From Competibacteraceae bacterium UBA3908 (GTDB lineage Bacteria; Pseudomonadota; Gammaproteobacteria; Competibacterales; Competibacteraceae): a stretch of DNA of 64,000 bases. A program made the position numbers and the translations under genes. The stretch is taken from positions 8,604 through 72,603 of the forward strand of contig DGFE01000100.1 in assembly GCA_002391525.1 (NCBI GenBank), read 5' to 3'. The notes beneath the pieces are model-generated. The model saw only the letters and a list, made by a program, of their open reading frames with translations. It did not search any database and was not told the origin of the DNA. How positions within the stretch are numbered: the stretch's first letter is position 1; each line of letters begins with the position of its first letter. This document shows positions 9,230 through 18,219 of the stretch, one piece after another.

Positions 9230-10240
9230 TCAGCGGGCAGGTGTCGATACCGCGGGCGGAGCTCCAGCGGAAAAGACAGGCAGAAACCGGTAGGCCAATA
9301 CCACCGCCAGGCCGGTCAGCATCGCGACCAGCAGCCAGGGCAACCACCAGTGCCGGAACGGTAACGGCCGGGGGATCGATGGCCAGGAGAGTCGCCGTCG
9401 GGACGGCAAGGGCCGGGACGCGCCGGCGCCGGCGAAACCCGGTCGGGCGTCGAGATTCCGGATGGCCTGTACCAGTTCGGCGGCGCTGGCAAAACGGTTC
9501 CGAGGGTCCTTGGCCAACAACCGGTCGAGAATCGGCTGAAAGCGGCGCAACGATTCCGGCAGGGTGGGCGGCGGCTCCCTGACGTGCATCAGCGCGATTT
9601 CGAAGGTATCCGTGCTCTGATAGGGCCGGGCTCCGGTCAGCATCTCGTAAAACACCACGCCCAGGCTGTACAGGTCGCTGCGCGCGTCCAGGGGTCTGGC
9701 CAGCGCCTGTTCCGGGCTCATGTAGTTGGGCGTCCCGATCCGCCAGCCGACGGCGGTCAACTGCGTCTTGTCCTCCAGATTCTTGGCAATGCCGAAATCG
9801 GACAGGACCGCCGACTCCGCGTTGCGAAACAGGATATTGGCCGGTTTGATGTCGCGATGAATGCAATTTTGCAGGTGCGCGCAGCCGAGCGCCTGCGCAA
9901 CCTGAAGCAGAATGGCCACCGCCTGTTCCGGGGTCAGGCCGGCCTTGATTCGCTCCCTGAGCGTGCCGGCCTCCAGGTATTCCATCGCGATGTAGTACAG
10001 ATCCTGATCGTTGCCGGCGTCGAAGATGGTGACGATATGCGGATGGCCGAGTTTGCCGATGATCCGCGCTTCCTTGACGAAACGTTTGTTGAACGTGGGA
10101 TCGGTGGCCAGTCTGGGGCTCAGGACCTTGAGCGCCACACGCCGTTCCAGCGATTCCTGGACCGCCAGATAGACGGTGGACATGGCGCCCTTGCCAATGA
10201 TCTTTTCGATCCGGTAGCCGGGAATCCGGGGCGGTTCCAT
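9230..10240 (-). CDS. membrane-anchored Ser/Thr protein kinase (Hanks type)
   Basis: Kinase motifs GKGAMSTVYLA..VALKVL, HRDIKPANIL, DFGIAK and SPEQ, with a C-terminal TM segment WWLPWLLVAMLTGLAVVLAY. Confidence 0.9.
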   Translation of the reverse strand: MEPPRIPGYRIEKIIGKGAMSTVYLAVQESLERRVALKVLSPRLATDPTFNKRFVKEARIIGKLGHPHIVTIFDAGNDQDLYYIAMEYLEAGTLRERIKAGLTPEQAVAILLQVAQALGCAHLQNCIHRDIKPANILFRNAESAVLSDFGIAKNLEDKTQLTAVGWRIGTPNYMSPEQALARPLDARSDLYSLGVVFYEMLTGARPYQSTDTFEIALMHVREPPPTLPESLRRFQPILDRLLAKDPRNRFASAAELVQAIRNLDARPGFAGAGASRPLPSRRRLSWPSIPRPLPFRHWWLPWLLVAMLTGLAVVLAYRFLPVFSAGAPPAVSTPAR

Positions 10241-10586
10241 GGTGTATTAAGTGTCTTGCGCGGGGAGCTTGGTCGGTAAATTAGGATAATGGGCCAGGCT
10301 GACGCAAACGGCAAGCCGGCGTCCGGGCAGACGGTTAACCCCATTTTGTCGGCGACGACGTTTACAGCGATGCATCCCCAATCCTGGCGGAGCGTGTTCC
10401 ATGGCGAAATCATCGCGCCTCGCGTTCATCGTCGTCGCCCTGCTGGCGGGGTGTTCGCCCGGCGGCGGGCAGCCGGGAAAAACAGGGCCGGCCCGCATAA
10501 GTGCGGCATGGGGGGATGCGGGTCCCGGGCTGGGGGTGAGGGTGGGGCTTCCCCGGCGCCGACCAGGCGGGTAAAGTGCCGTCCCC

Positions 10587-11153
10587 ATGCGCACCGACAA
10601 CGCTGCCGATGAAACCCTCATGCTGCGCTATCGAGATGGCGATGCCGACGCCTTCGCGCGGCTGTACGCCCGCCACCGGGGACCGCTCTATCGCTACCTG
10701 TTGCGCCAGTGCGGTCAGCCGGCGATAGCCGCGGAGTTGTTCCAGGACGTTTGGCTGAAGCTGATCGCCGCCCGGTCCGGTTACGCTGCGCAGACCCGGT
10801 TTGGCGCCTGGCTTTACCGGATAGCCCACAATCGGTTGATCGACCATTACCGCGCCAGCGCGCGGAGCCTGCCGTTGTCCTACGCCGACGACTGTCCGGA
10901 GTGGGCGGAAATACCCGCCCCGGAAGAGGTCCAACCCGAGGTCAGGGAAGATCGCCGCCGCCAGGCCGAACGATTGCTGGAACTGCTGGCCGAACTGCCG
11001 GAAGCCCAGCGCGAGGCGGTGCTGCTGAAGGAAGAAGCGGGATTGTCGCTGCAGGAAATCGCCCAAGTCACCGGAACCGGCCGGGAAACCGTCAAAAGCC
11101 GCCTGCGCTACGCGCTGGCCCGCTTGCGACAAGGTCTGGGAGGTGCGTCATGA
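10587..11153 (+). CDS. ECF-type RNA polymerase sigma-70 factor
   Basis: Region 2 (FARLYARHRGPLYRYLLR, RIAHNRLIDHYR) and region 4 (LPEAQREAVLLKEEAGLSLQEIAQVTGTGRETVKSRLRYA). Confidence 0.9.
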   Translation: MRTDNAADETLMLRYRDGDADAFARLYARHRGPLYRYLLRQCGQPAIAAELFQDVWLKLIAARSGYAAQTRFGAWLYRIAHNRLIDHYRASARSLPLSYADDCPEWAEIPAPEEVQPEVREDRRRQAERLLELLAELPEAQREAVLLKEEAGLSLQEIAQVTGTGRETVKSRLRYALARLRQGLGGAS

Positions 11154-11785
11154 GCGACCGATACGACGAACTCCACGACGAGCGCTTGTCCGCGTTGTAC
11201 CGCGAAACCCGCGAGGTCGAACCGCCGGCCTGGCTGGACCGGCGCGTCTTGACGATGGCTGGGGCGGCGGTCGGACCGCGTCCGGCGCCGGCGCCCAAGC
11301 GACGGACGATCCGCTGGGCCGTGTCGCTGGCATTGGCGGCGACGGTGATGCTGACCGTGGGCGTGGTGCGAATGGTTCGCGAGTCCGGTGAATCCGACAT
11401 GGGGTTGAGACAGGAAGCGGTCCGGTCCTTGGCCGAGCCCGCCGCCGAAGCGGGCGCCACCGCGACCGGATCCGCCGGATCGCCGGCGGCCGGCGCCTTG
11501 CAATCCGCGCCTCAGCCGGTTCCCGCCCCGCCGCCCGCGTCGCGCCGCCCGCCCACCCTATCGGCTGAGCGAAAGCTACAGGAATCGATTCCGGCGGAAG
11601 AACCGGGGGAAGGGAAATCGGCGCCAGTCCAGAACCCGGCGCTCCATCGCCCACCGGCGGAATGGCTGGCGGAAATCGCCGAACTCCGTCGTCAGGGCCG
11701 GACCGTGGAAGCCGAGGCCAGCCTGGCGGAATTCCGGCGACAGCATCCCGATTATCCGCTGGATGCCGAAGCATCCCCGCGGTGA
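11150..11785 (+). CDS. putative anti-sigma factor (single TM, Ala/Pro-rich periplasmic part)
   Basis: ATG 11150 overlaps the sigma-factor stop (ATGA). The N-terminal segment LSALYRE..PPAWLDRRVL is followed by the TM segment WAVSLALAATVMLTVGVV. Confidence 0.65.
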   Translation: MSDRYDELHDERLSALYRETREVEPPAWLDRRVLTMAGAAVGPRPAPAPKRRTIRWAVSLALAATVMLTVGVVRMVRESGESDMGLRQEAVRSLAEPAAEAGATATGSAGSPAAGALQSAPQPVPAPPPASRRPPTLSAERKLQESIPAEEPGEGKSAPVQNPALHRPPAEWLAEIAELRRQGRTVEAEASLAEFRRQHPDYPLDAEASPR

Positions 11786-11948
11786 GCGACGCGGGTCCTC
11801 CAGCCGTGGCGCGGACGACCCGGACCAGGAACCGAACCGTTCCCGGTGGCAATCGGGAAGCGGAGAGGTCGAAGCGTCATGGGGGGAATGAAAGGGGATC
11901 GGTATCGGAGCGGTGGCGCGGGACGGAAACGCGACCCGCGCCTGGGGT

Positions 11949-12317
11949 TCACTTCTTGGGGAGAAACGGCTTGATAGTTTCGATGAGCGTCGCCTCTTCC
12001 ACCGGTTTGACCACATACCCCTTGGCTCCCTGCCGCTCGCCCCAGATCTTGTCGGTTTCCTGGTCCTTGGTCGTGACGATGACCACGGGAATATGTTTGG
12101 TGGCAGGGTTCTTGGTGATCTGTCGGGTGGCCTGAAACCCGTTGACCTTGGGCATGACGACGTCCATAAGGACGAGGTCCGGCAATTCCGCCTTGGCGAC
12201 TTCGACGCCCTCCGCACCGTCTTTGGCCGTCAGGACGTCGTGTCCATGTTTTTTGAGGATCTTGGCGAGACTCAGCGTCTGGGTGGGCGAGTCATCGACA
12301 ATCAGTATGCGGGCCAT
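11949..12317 (-). CDS. single-domain CheY-like response regulator
   Basis: ILIVDDS, DLVLMDVVMP, and a PVVIVTTK...KGYVVKP receiver signature. Confidence 0.88.
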   Translation of the reverse strand: MARILIVDDSPTQTLSLAKILKKHGHDVLTAKDGAEGVEVAKAELPDLVLMDVVMPKVNGFQATRQITKNPATKHIPVVIVTTKDQETDKIWGERQGAKGYVVKPVEEATLIETIKPFLPKK

Positions 12318-12554
12318 GCTGCCACTCCTGGAGTGATCTTGCGTATCTCATTCGTGCGTCGTTGTCGCCGGCCAAAAGGCAAAACAGAACGATCCGCGCC
12401 GCCATCTGAAAAATTTAACCGACTTCGCCGGCGACCGACAACGCCATCATAAGCCAAATTCGCCGGATTCGGGGATGGTTTTGTGGTCGGCGGCGGTTCG
12501 GCGGCGCATGATAGGATACAAGATCAGTCCGTTCGATTCGCAGGAGTTTGCTTC

Positions 12555-13106
12555 ATGAGTGCTTCACAACCGAGTTTTTTCACCCGCCTGACCCTGGCGC
12601 TGCGCGCCTTCTGGCGGATTCTGGCCGATAGCGAATTCGCCGGGAGCGTGCTGCGACTGGAGCGGGGCGAGCCGACGCTGTCCGCGCCGACCGGCGCGCA
12701 GCCCAAGGCCGCGCCGTTCAGGGAAGCCCTGCCCGATTCCGCTCTGCAATTGCTGGCGCTGTTGCAACAGGAGGGCCGGTTCGTGGACTTTCTGGAGGAG
12801 AACGTCACCGCCTATTCCGACGCCGAAATCGGCGGAGCGGCCCGGGTGGTGCACGCGGGTTGCCGCAAGGTGGTGCGCGATTATCTCCAGATCGAGCCGG
12901 TGCGGACCGAGGCCGAGGGTGCGCGCCTGACGCTGGCGGCCGGTTTCGACGCCGCGACGGTGCGCTTGACCGGCAACGTGGTCGGCCAACCGCCGTTCAC
13001 CGGCACGCTGATGCATCGGGGCTGGCGGGTGGCCCGGATCACGCTGCCGAAACTGGCCGATGGCCATGATGTTCGGGTGCTGGCGCCGGCGGAGGTGGAG
13101 CTATGA
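12555..13106 (+). CDS. DUF2760-family protein
   Basis: FFTRLTLALRAFWRIL at the N-terminus and LQQEGRFVDFLEE..YSDAEIG, typical of DUF2760. A CAGGAG RBS precedes ATG 12555. The stop overlaps the next gene's start (ATGA). Confidence 0.7.
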   Translation: MSASQPSFFTRLTLALRAFWRILADSEFAGSVLRLERGEPTLSAPTGAQPKAAPFREALPDSALQLLALLQQEGRFVDFLEENVTAYSDAEIGGAARVVHAGCRKVVRDYLQIEPVRTEAEGARLTLAAGFDAATVRLTGNVVGQPPFTGTLMHRGWRVARITLPKLADGHDVRVLAPAEVEL

Positions 13107-14944
13107 GCGAGGTTCGTTATGCCGTTGGCATCGATCTGGGCACCACGCACTGCGTGATGGCGGCGGTCGATCTGGCCGCCAGCGACCAGGACCAGGTGGC
13201 CGGGGAAATCGAAGGCATTCCGCAATTGACCGCGCCCGGCGCGGTCGAGGATCGACCCATGCTGCCCTCGTTCCTGTACCTGCCGCATCCCGACGAACTG
13301 AGGCCGGACGACCGCACCCTGCCGTGGGGCGAACTGCAACCGTTCGTGGTGGGCGAGCTGGCCCGCGCCATGGGCAGCCGCACCCCGATCCGGCTGGTTT
13401 CCAGCGCCAAGAGCTGGCTGTGTCATCCCGGCGTGGACCGGCGCGCGGCCATCCTGCCGGTGGAAGCGCCGGCGGAGGTGACGCGAGTCTCGCCCCTGCA
13501 AGCCTCGATGCGTTATCTGGAACATCTGCGCGCCGCCTGGGATCACCAGCATCCCGACGCGCCGTTGGCCGAACAGGACGTGGTGCTGACGGTGCCGGCG
13601 TCCTTCGATCCCGCCGCCCGCGAATTGACCGCCGAGGCGGCGGCGGCGGTCGGCCTGGGACACCTGGTGCTGCTGGAGGAGCCGCAGGCGGCGCTGTATC
13701 ACTGGATCCTGGCGGCCCAGGGCGAGTGGCGCAAGCAGGTTCGGGTCGGCGACATCATTCTGGTGATCGACCTCGGCGGCGGCACCGCCGACTTCTCGCT
13801 GATCGCCGTGACCGAACGCGACGGTTCGCTGGAACTGGTGCGGGTGGCGGTGGGCGACCACATCCTGCTGGGCGGCGACAACATGGATCTGGCGCTGGCG
13901 CACGCGGTCCGCACCAAGCTGGCCGAACAGGGAACCCAACTCGATCCCTGGCAGTTGCAGGGGTTGACCCACGGCTGCCGCAACGCCAAGGAAATCCTGC
14001 TGAGCGATGCGGCGGTCGAGACCGTGCCGGTGGTGGTGCCAAGCCGGGGCTCCAAACTGATCGGCGGTACACTGCGGACCGAGTTGACCCGCGATGAAGT
14101 GACCCGGAATCTGGTGGAGGGGTTCTTTCCATTGGTGGAAGCTTCGGCGCGGCCCGCCAGCCGGGCGCGGGCGGCGTTGACCAAGCTGGGTCTGCCCTAC
14201 GCGCAGGACCCGGCCATGACTCGCCATCTGGCGGCGTTTCTGGCCCGCCAGGTGGGCGCGACCCGCGATCTGGCCGGGTTCGAGGACCGCTTGCCGGCGG
14301 ACGCCAGCTTCCTGCATCCGACCGCCGTGCTGTTCAACGGCGGCGTGTTCAAGGCCCGGTCGCTGTTGGCGCGGACTCTGGAAGCGCTGAACGGCTGGCT
14401 GGCCGCCGAGAACGCGCCGGCGGCACGCCTGCTCGAAGGGGCCGATCTCGATCTGGCGGTGGCGCGCGGCGCAGCCTATTACGGGTACGTGCGGCGTGGG
14501 CGGGGGGTGCGGATTCGCGGTGGCACCGCCAAGTCCTACTACGTCGGAGTGGAAAGCGCCATGCCGGCGGTGCCGGGCATGGCGCCGCCCATCGAGGCGC
14601 TGTGCATCGCCCCGTTCGGGATGGAGGAGGGCACGCAGGCCGAACTGCCGCCGCAGGAAGTCGGGCTGGTGGTCGGCGAGCCGGTGCGGTTCCGCTTCTT
14701 CGGCTCCTCGGTGCGGCGTACCGACCATGTCGGCGCGGTGCTGGAACAGTGGGAACCGGACGAGGTCGAGGAACTGGAGGAGATCGAGGCCACCCTGCCC
14801 GCCGAGGGCCGGCAGCCGGGCGAGGTGGTGCCGGTGCGCTTGCACGCGGCGGTGACCGAGGTCGGTACGCTGCGGCTGGAAGCCGTGCCGCGCACCGGTG
14901 AGGAAAGCTGGAAAGTCGAGTTCGACGTGCGCGGGGAGGGTTGA
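13103..14944 (+). CDS. Hsp70/actin-fold ATPase family protein (non-DnaK paralog 1)
   Basis: VGIDLGTTHCVMA (phosphate-1), VLTVPASFD, ILVIDLGGGTADFSL (phosphate-2) and GGDNMDLAL. Confidence 0.88.
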   Translation: MSEVRYAVGIDLGTTHCVMAAVDLAASDQDQVAGEIEGIPQLTAPGAVEDRPMLPSFLYLPHPDELRPDDRTLPWGELQPFVVGELARAMGSRTPIRLVSSAKSWLCHPGVDRRAAILPVEAPAEVTRVSPLQASMRYLEHLRAAWDHQHPDAPLAEQDVVLTVPASFDPAARELTAEAAAAVGLGHLVLLEEPQAALYHWILAAQGEWRKQVRVGDIILVIDLGGGTADFSLIAVTERDGSLELVRVAVGDHILLGGDNMDLALAHAVRTKLAEQGTQLDPWQLQGLTHGCRNAKEILLSDAAVETVPVVVPSRGSKLIGGTLRTELTRDEVTRNLVEGFFPLVEASARPASRARAALTKLGLPYAQDPAMTRHLAAFLARQVGATRDLAGFEDRLPADASFLHPTAVLFNGGVFKARSLLARTLEALNGWLAAENAPAARLLEGADLDLAVARGAAYYGYVRRGRGVRIRGGTAKSYYVGVESAMPAVPGMAPPIEALCIAPFGMEEGTQAELPPQEVGLVVGEPVRFRFFGSSVRRTDHVGAVLEQWEPDEVEELEEIEATLPAEGRQPGEVVPVRLHAAVTEVGTLRLEAVPRTGEESWKVEFDVRGEG

Positions 14945-17689
14945 ACCATCGCTCGATCCAGCACGCCCCGCTATCTGGTCGGAATCGATCTCGGCACCAC
15001 GCATACGGTCGTCGCTTACGCCGATCTCCACGCCGCCACCGACATTCGTCTGTTCTCTATCGAGCAACTGATCGCGCCCGGCGCGGTGGCGGCGCGGCCG
15101 TTGCTGCCCTCCGTGCGTTATCACCCGGCGGATGGCGAGCTGGCGGCGGCAGACGTGCGACTGCCCTGGCCCTTCGCCGATCCGGGCGGGGTCGCCGACG
15201 TCATCGTGGGGGAGCTGGCGCGGGAGCGGGGCTCGCGGACGCCGGGTCGATTGGTGGCCAGCGCCAAGAGCTGGCTGTCGCACGCCGGGGTGGATCGTAC
15301 CGCGCCGATTCTGCCCTGGGGCGCGGCGGAGGACATCGCCCGGGTCTCGCCGGTCGCCGCCAGCGCCGGCACGCTCGCCTACAGCCGCGCGGTCTGGAAT
15401 CACCGGTTTCCCCGCCAACCGCTGGAGCGGCAAGAGGTGGTGCTGACCGTGCCGGCCTCGTTCGACGAAGCGGCGCGGGCGTTGACGGTGGAAGCGGCGC
15501 GGCTGGCCGGACTGCCGCAACTGCGGTTGCTGGAGGAGCCACAGGCGGCCTGTTACGACTGGCTGCGCCGCCATCGCGGCGATGTGGTGGCGGCGCTGGG
15601 CGAGTCGCGCCTGCTGCTGGTCTGCGACGTGGGCGGCGGCACCACCGACCTGACGCTGATCCGGATCGAACCCGATGAAGCCGAACCGCGCCTGACCCGC
15701 ATCGGCGTGGGCGAGCATCTGATGCTGGGCGGCGACAACATGGATCTGACCCTGGCGCGGACCGTTGAAACCCGGTTGGGCGGCGGACGCCTGAGCGCGG
15801 GCGAGTTGTCGCAACTGTTGCAGCAGTGCCGGAACGCCAAGGAACGGCTGCTGGCGGCGGACGCGCCGGAACGGGTGTCGGTGACGGTGCTGGGCGGCGG
15901 CGCGCGGCTGATCGGCGGGGCGCGCGCGGCGGAACTGAGCCGCGACGAGGTGCGCGCGCTGCTGGTGGATGGCTTTCTGCCACGGGTCGAATCCGAAGAA
16001 CGCCCCCAGAGCCGGCGCGCGGCGGTGGTTGAATTTGGTCTGCCCTATGCCGCCGATCCGGCCATCAGCCGCCATCTGGCCGCGTTTCTGGCCCAACATG
16101 CGGAAGCCTGCCGGCGAGCGCTGGGCGAGCGGACGCCGGCAAATCGTCCGCCGATGCCGGACGCGGTGTTGCTGAACGGCGGCGTGTTCCACGGCGCGGC
16201 CCTGACCGAACGGCTGCTGGAGATTCTGAGCGACTGGCGCGGGGGGGTTCTGTTGCGGTTGGACAATCCCGAACCCGATCTGGCGGTGGCGCGTGGCGCG
16301 GTGGCCTACGGGCTGGCGCGGCGCGGTCAGGGTTTACGGATCGGCGGCGGTTCGGCGCGGGGTTATTTCCTGCTGGTGGACGGTGGACGCCAGCAAAGGC
16401 GGGGCGTCTGCCTGTTGCCGCGCGGCGCGGAGGAAGGACGGGAAATCCGGCTGGATCGGATTTTCTCGCTGCGGCTCGGTGCGCCGGTACGGTTTCATCT
16501 GCTGTCCTCGACCGGGGACGCCGTGGTTGCACCGGGTGAAGTGGTCAGCCTGGATGGAGAGGATTTCGCGCCGCTGCCACCCATCGCCACGGTGATCGAG
16601 GGCGAGACCGCCGGCGAGATTCCGGTGCAGCTGGTCACCCAGTTGACCGAGGTCGGTACGCTGGAGGTGGATTGCGTCGCGGTGGACGATCCGGCGCGAC
16701 GCTGGCGGTTGGCGTTCCAGTTGCGCGGCGGCGACGCGGCGACGCTGGCCCGCCTGCATCCGCGTTTCCCGGACGCGGCGGCGCGGCTGGAGCGGTTCTA
16801 CGGTTCCCGCGCCGAAGTGGAGTCCAGGGAAATCAAGACGTTGCGCGCCGACTTGGAGCGCTTGCTCGGCAAGCGTGAAAACTGGGAGACGCCCCTGCTG
16901 CGCGAACTGTTCGGGGTATTGTGGACGGGAGCGCGGCGGCGGCGGCGTTCGGTGGAACACGAACGGCTGTGGTTCAGTCTGGCCGGTTACTGTCTGCGAC
17001 CGGGATTCGGCTATCCGCTGGACGACTGGCGGGTCCGGCGGTTGTGGACGCTGTACGGGCAAGGCGTACAATTCAGTCAGGAGGCCCAGAACTGGGCGGA
17101 ATGGTGGACGCTGTGGCGGCGGGTGGCCGGCGGGCTGGATACGGCGGCGCAGGCGCGGTTGAGCGATGAGCTGCTGCTGGATTTGCGTCCGCCGACCGGC
17201 AAGGCGGCCAGGGATCGCCGGCCGGGCGTCGAGGACATGGCGCGGCTGGCGGCGGTGCTGGAGCGGGTACCGGCGGCGCGCAAGGTCGAACTCGGTCAGA
17301 TGTTGCTGGCGCGGCTGGCGCGCAAGGGTGAATCGCCGCACCTCTGGTGGGCGGTCGGTCGGCTGGGAACGCGGGTTCCCGCCTACGGCAGCGCGCACGA
17401 TGTGGTGCCGGCGGTGCTGGCGGCGGCCTGGCTGGAACGGGTGCTGGAACTGGACTGGAAGGCGGTGATCCCGGCGGCTTTCGCCGCGACGCTGCTGGCG
17501 CGGCTGAGCGGCGACCGGGAACGGGATTTGGACGAGGCGTTGCGGACGCGGGTGATCCAGCGGCTGCGAACGGCCAGGGCCCCGGCCTCGTGGCTGCGGA
17601 TGGTCGAGGACGTCGTGGAGTTGGACGAGGTCGACGCCGGACGGCTGTTCGGCGAGACGTTGCCGCCGGGTTTGAGACTGGTTGACTGA
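14945..17689 (+). CDS. Hsp70/actin-fold ATPase family protein (paralog 2) with about 300-aa helical C-terminal extension; start codon unresolved
   Basis: YLVGIDLGTTHTVVAYA (from 14972), VLTVPASFDEAAR, LLVCDVGGGTTDLTLI and GGDNMDLTL. The frame is continuous with paralog 1 and interrupted only by TGA 14942-14944. The first canonical start, GTG 15086, lies after the phosphate-1 motif. Confidence 0.85.
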   Translation, partial: TIARSSTPRYLVGIDLGTTHTVVAYADLHAATDIRLFSIEQLIAPGAVAARPLLPSVRYHPADGELAAADVRLPWPFADPGGVADVIVGELARERGSRTPGRLVASAKSWLSHAGVDRTAPILPWGAAEDIARVSPVAASAGTLAYSRAVWNHRFPRQPLERQEVVLTVPASFDEAARALTVEAARLAGLPQLRLLEEPQAACYDWLRRHRGDVVAALGESRLLLVCDVGGGTTDLTLIRIEPDEAEPRLTRIGVGEHLMLGGDNMDLTLARTVETRLGGGRLSAGELSQLLQQCRNAKERLLAADAPERVSVTVLGGGARLIGGARAAELSRDEVRALLVDGFLPRVESEERPQSRRAAVVEFGLPYAADPAISRHLAAFLAQHAEACRRALGERTPANRPPMPDAVLLNGGVFHGAALTERLLEILSDWRGGVLLRLDNPEPDLAVARGAVAYGLARRGQGLRIGGGSARGYFLLVDGGRQQRRGVCLLPRGAEEGREIRLDRIFSLRLGAPVRFHLLSSTGDAVVAPGEVVSLDGEDFAPLPPIATVIEGETAGEIPVQLVTQLTEVGTLEVDCVAVDDPARRWRLAFQLRGGDAATLARLHPRFPDAAARLERFYGSRAEVESREIKTLRADLERLLGKRENWETPLLRELFGVLWTGARRRRRSVEHERLWFSLAGYCLRPGFGYPLDDWRVRRLWTLYGQGVQFSQEAQNWAEWWTLWRRVAGGLDTAAQARLSDELLLDLRPPTGKAARDRRPGVEDMARLAAVLERVPAARKVELGQMLLARLARKGESPHLWWAVGRLGTRVPAYGSAHDVVPAVLAAAWLERVLELDWKAVIPAAFAATLLARLSGDRERDLDEALRTRVIQRLRTARAPASWLRMVEDVVELDEVDAGRLFGETLPPGLRLVD

Positions 17690-17778
17690 GTTGTTGTTTC
17701 ATATTGTTAATACAGCGTAATCCGCCGGAACCGGAAGGGTGGTGTTCCGGGCGTTGAACCCGTCTGGGAGGAGGCGAC

Positions 17779-18216
17779 ATGGCTTATCAACACGTTCTCT
17801 TCGCCGCCGATTTTTCCGATGAAGGCTTGCGGGTCGGTGAGCGCGCCAGGGAAATAGCCCTGCGATGTGGGGCGCGGTTGAGCATGCTTCACGTGATCGA
17901 GGATGTAAACGTCAGCCTGGGAGGCGGCTATGAATTGTTGCCGGTGCTGCCGGAACTGCCCGACGAGACGTTGCTGCGGGAATCCCGGTCGGCGCTGGAA
18001 GAAATGGCGCGCCGGCTGGGCGTGGAAGACGCCGAACTGTGGGTCGTCAGCGCGCTCTCGACCAAGGAAGGAATCATCGGCGCCGCCCGGGATCATCGGG
18101 TGGATTTGATCGTGGTGGGCAGCCACGGCCGCCACGGGTTGGCGCTGCTGTTGGGCTCGACCGCCAACGCCGTGTTGCACGGCGCGCCGTGCGACGTGCT
18201 GGCGGTGAGGATTTGA
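17779..18216 (+). CDS. uspA: universal stress protein (UspA family)
   Basis: YQHVLFAADFS, DLIVVGSHGRHG and GSTANAVLHGAPCDVLAV. Confidence 0.88.
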   Translation: MAYQHVLFAADFSDEGLRVGERAREIALRCGARLSMLHVIEDVNVSLGGGYELLPVLPELPDETLLRESRSALEEMARRLGVEDAELWVVSALSTKEGIIGAARDHRVDLIVVGSHGRHGLALLLGSTANAVLHGAPCDVLAVRI

Positions 18217-18219
18217 AGC

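Noticed and set aside
10709-11149. Upstream extension of the anti-sigma ORF (358-aa version)
   Set aside because: It lies entirely inside the ECF sigma-factor gene in another frame. ATG 11150, overlapping the sigma stop, is the classical arrangement.
12881-16192. 1103-aa minus-strand ORF spanning both Hsp70-like genes
   Set aside because: It is antisense to two genes with unmistakable Hsp70 motifs. Its translation is Arg/Pro/Gly/Ala-rich low complexity, typical of shadow ORFs in high-GC DNA, and no recognisable domain is present.
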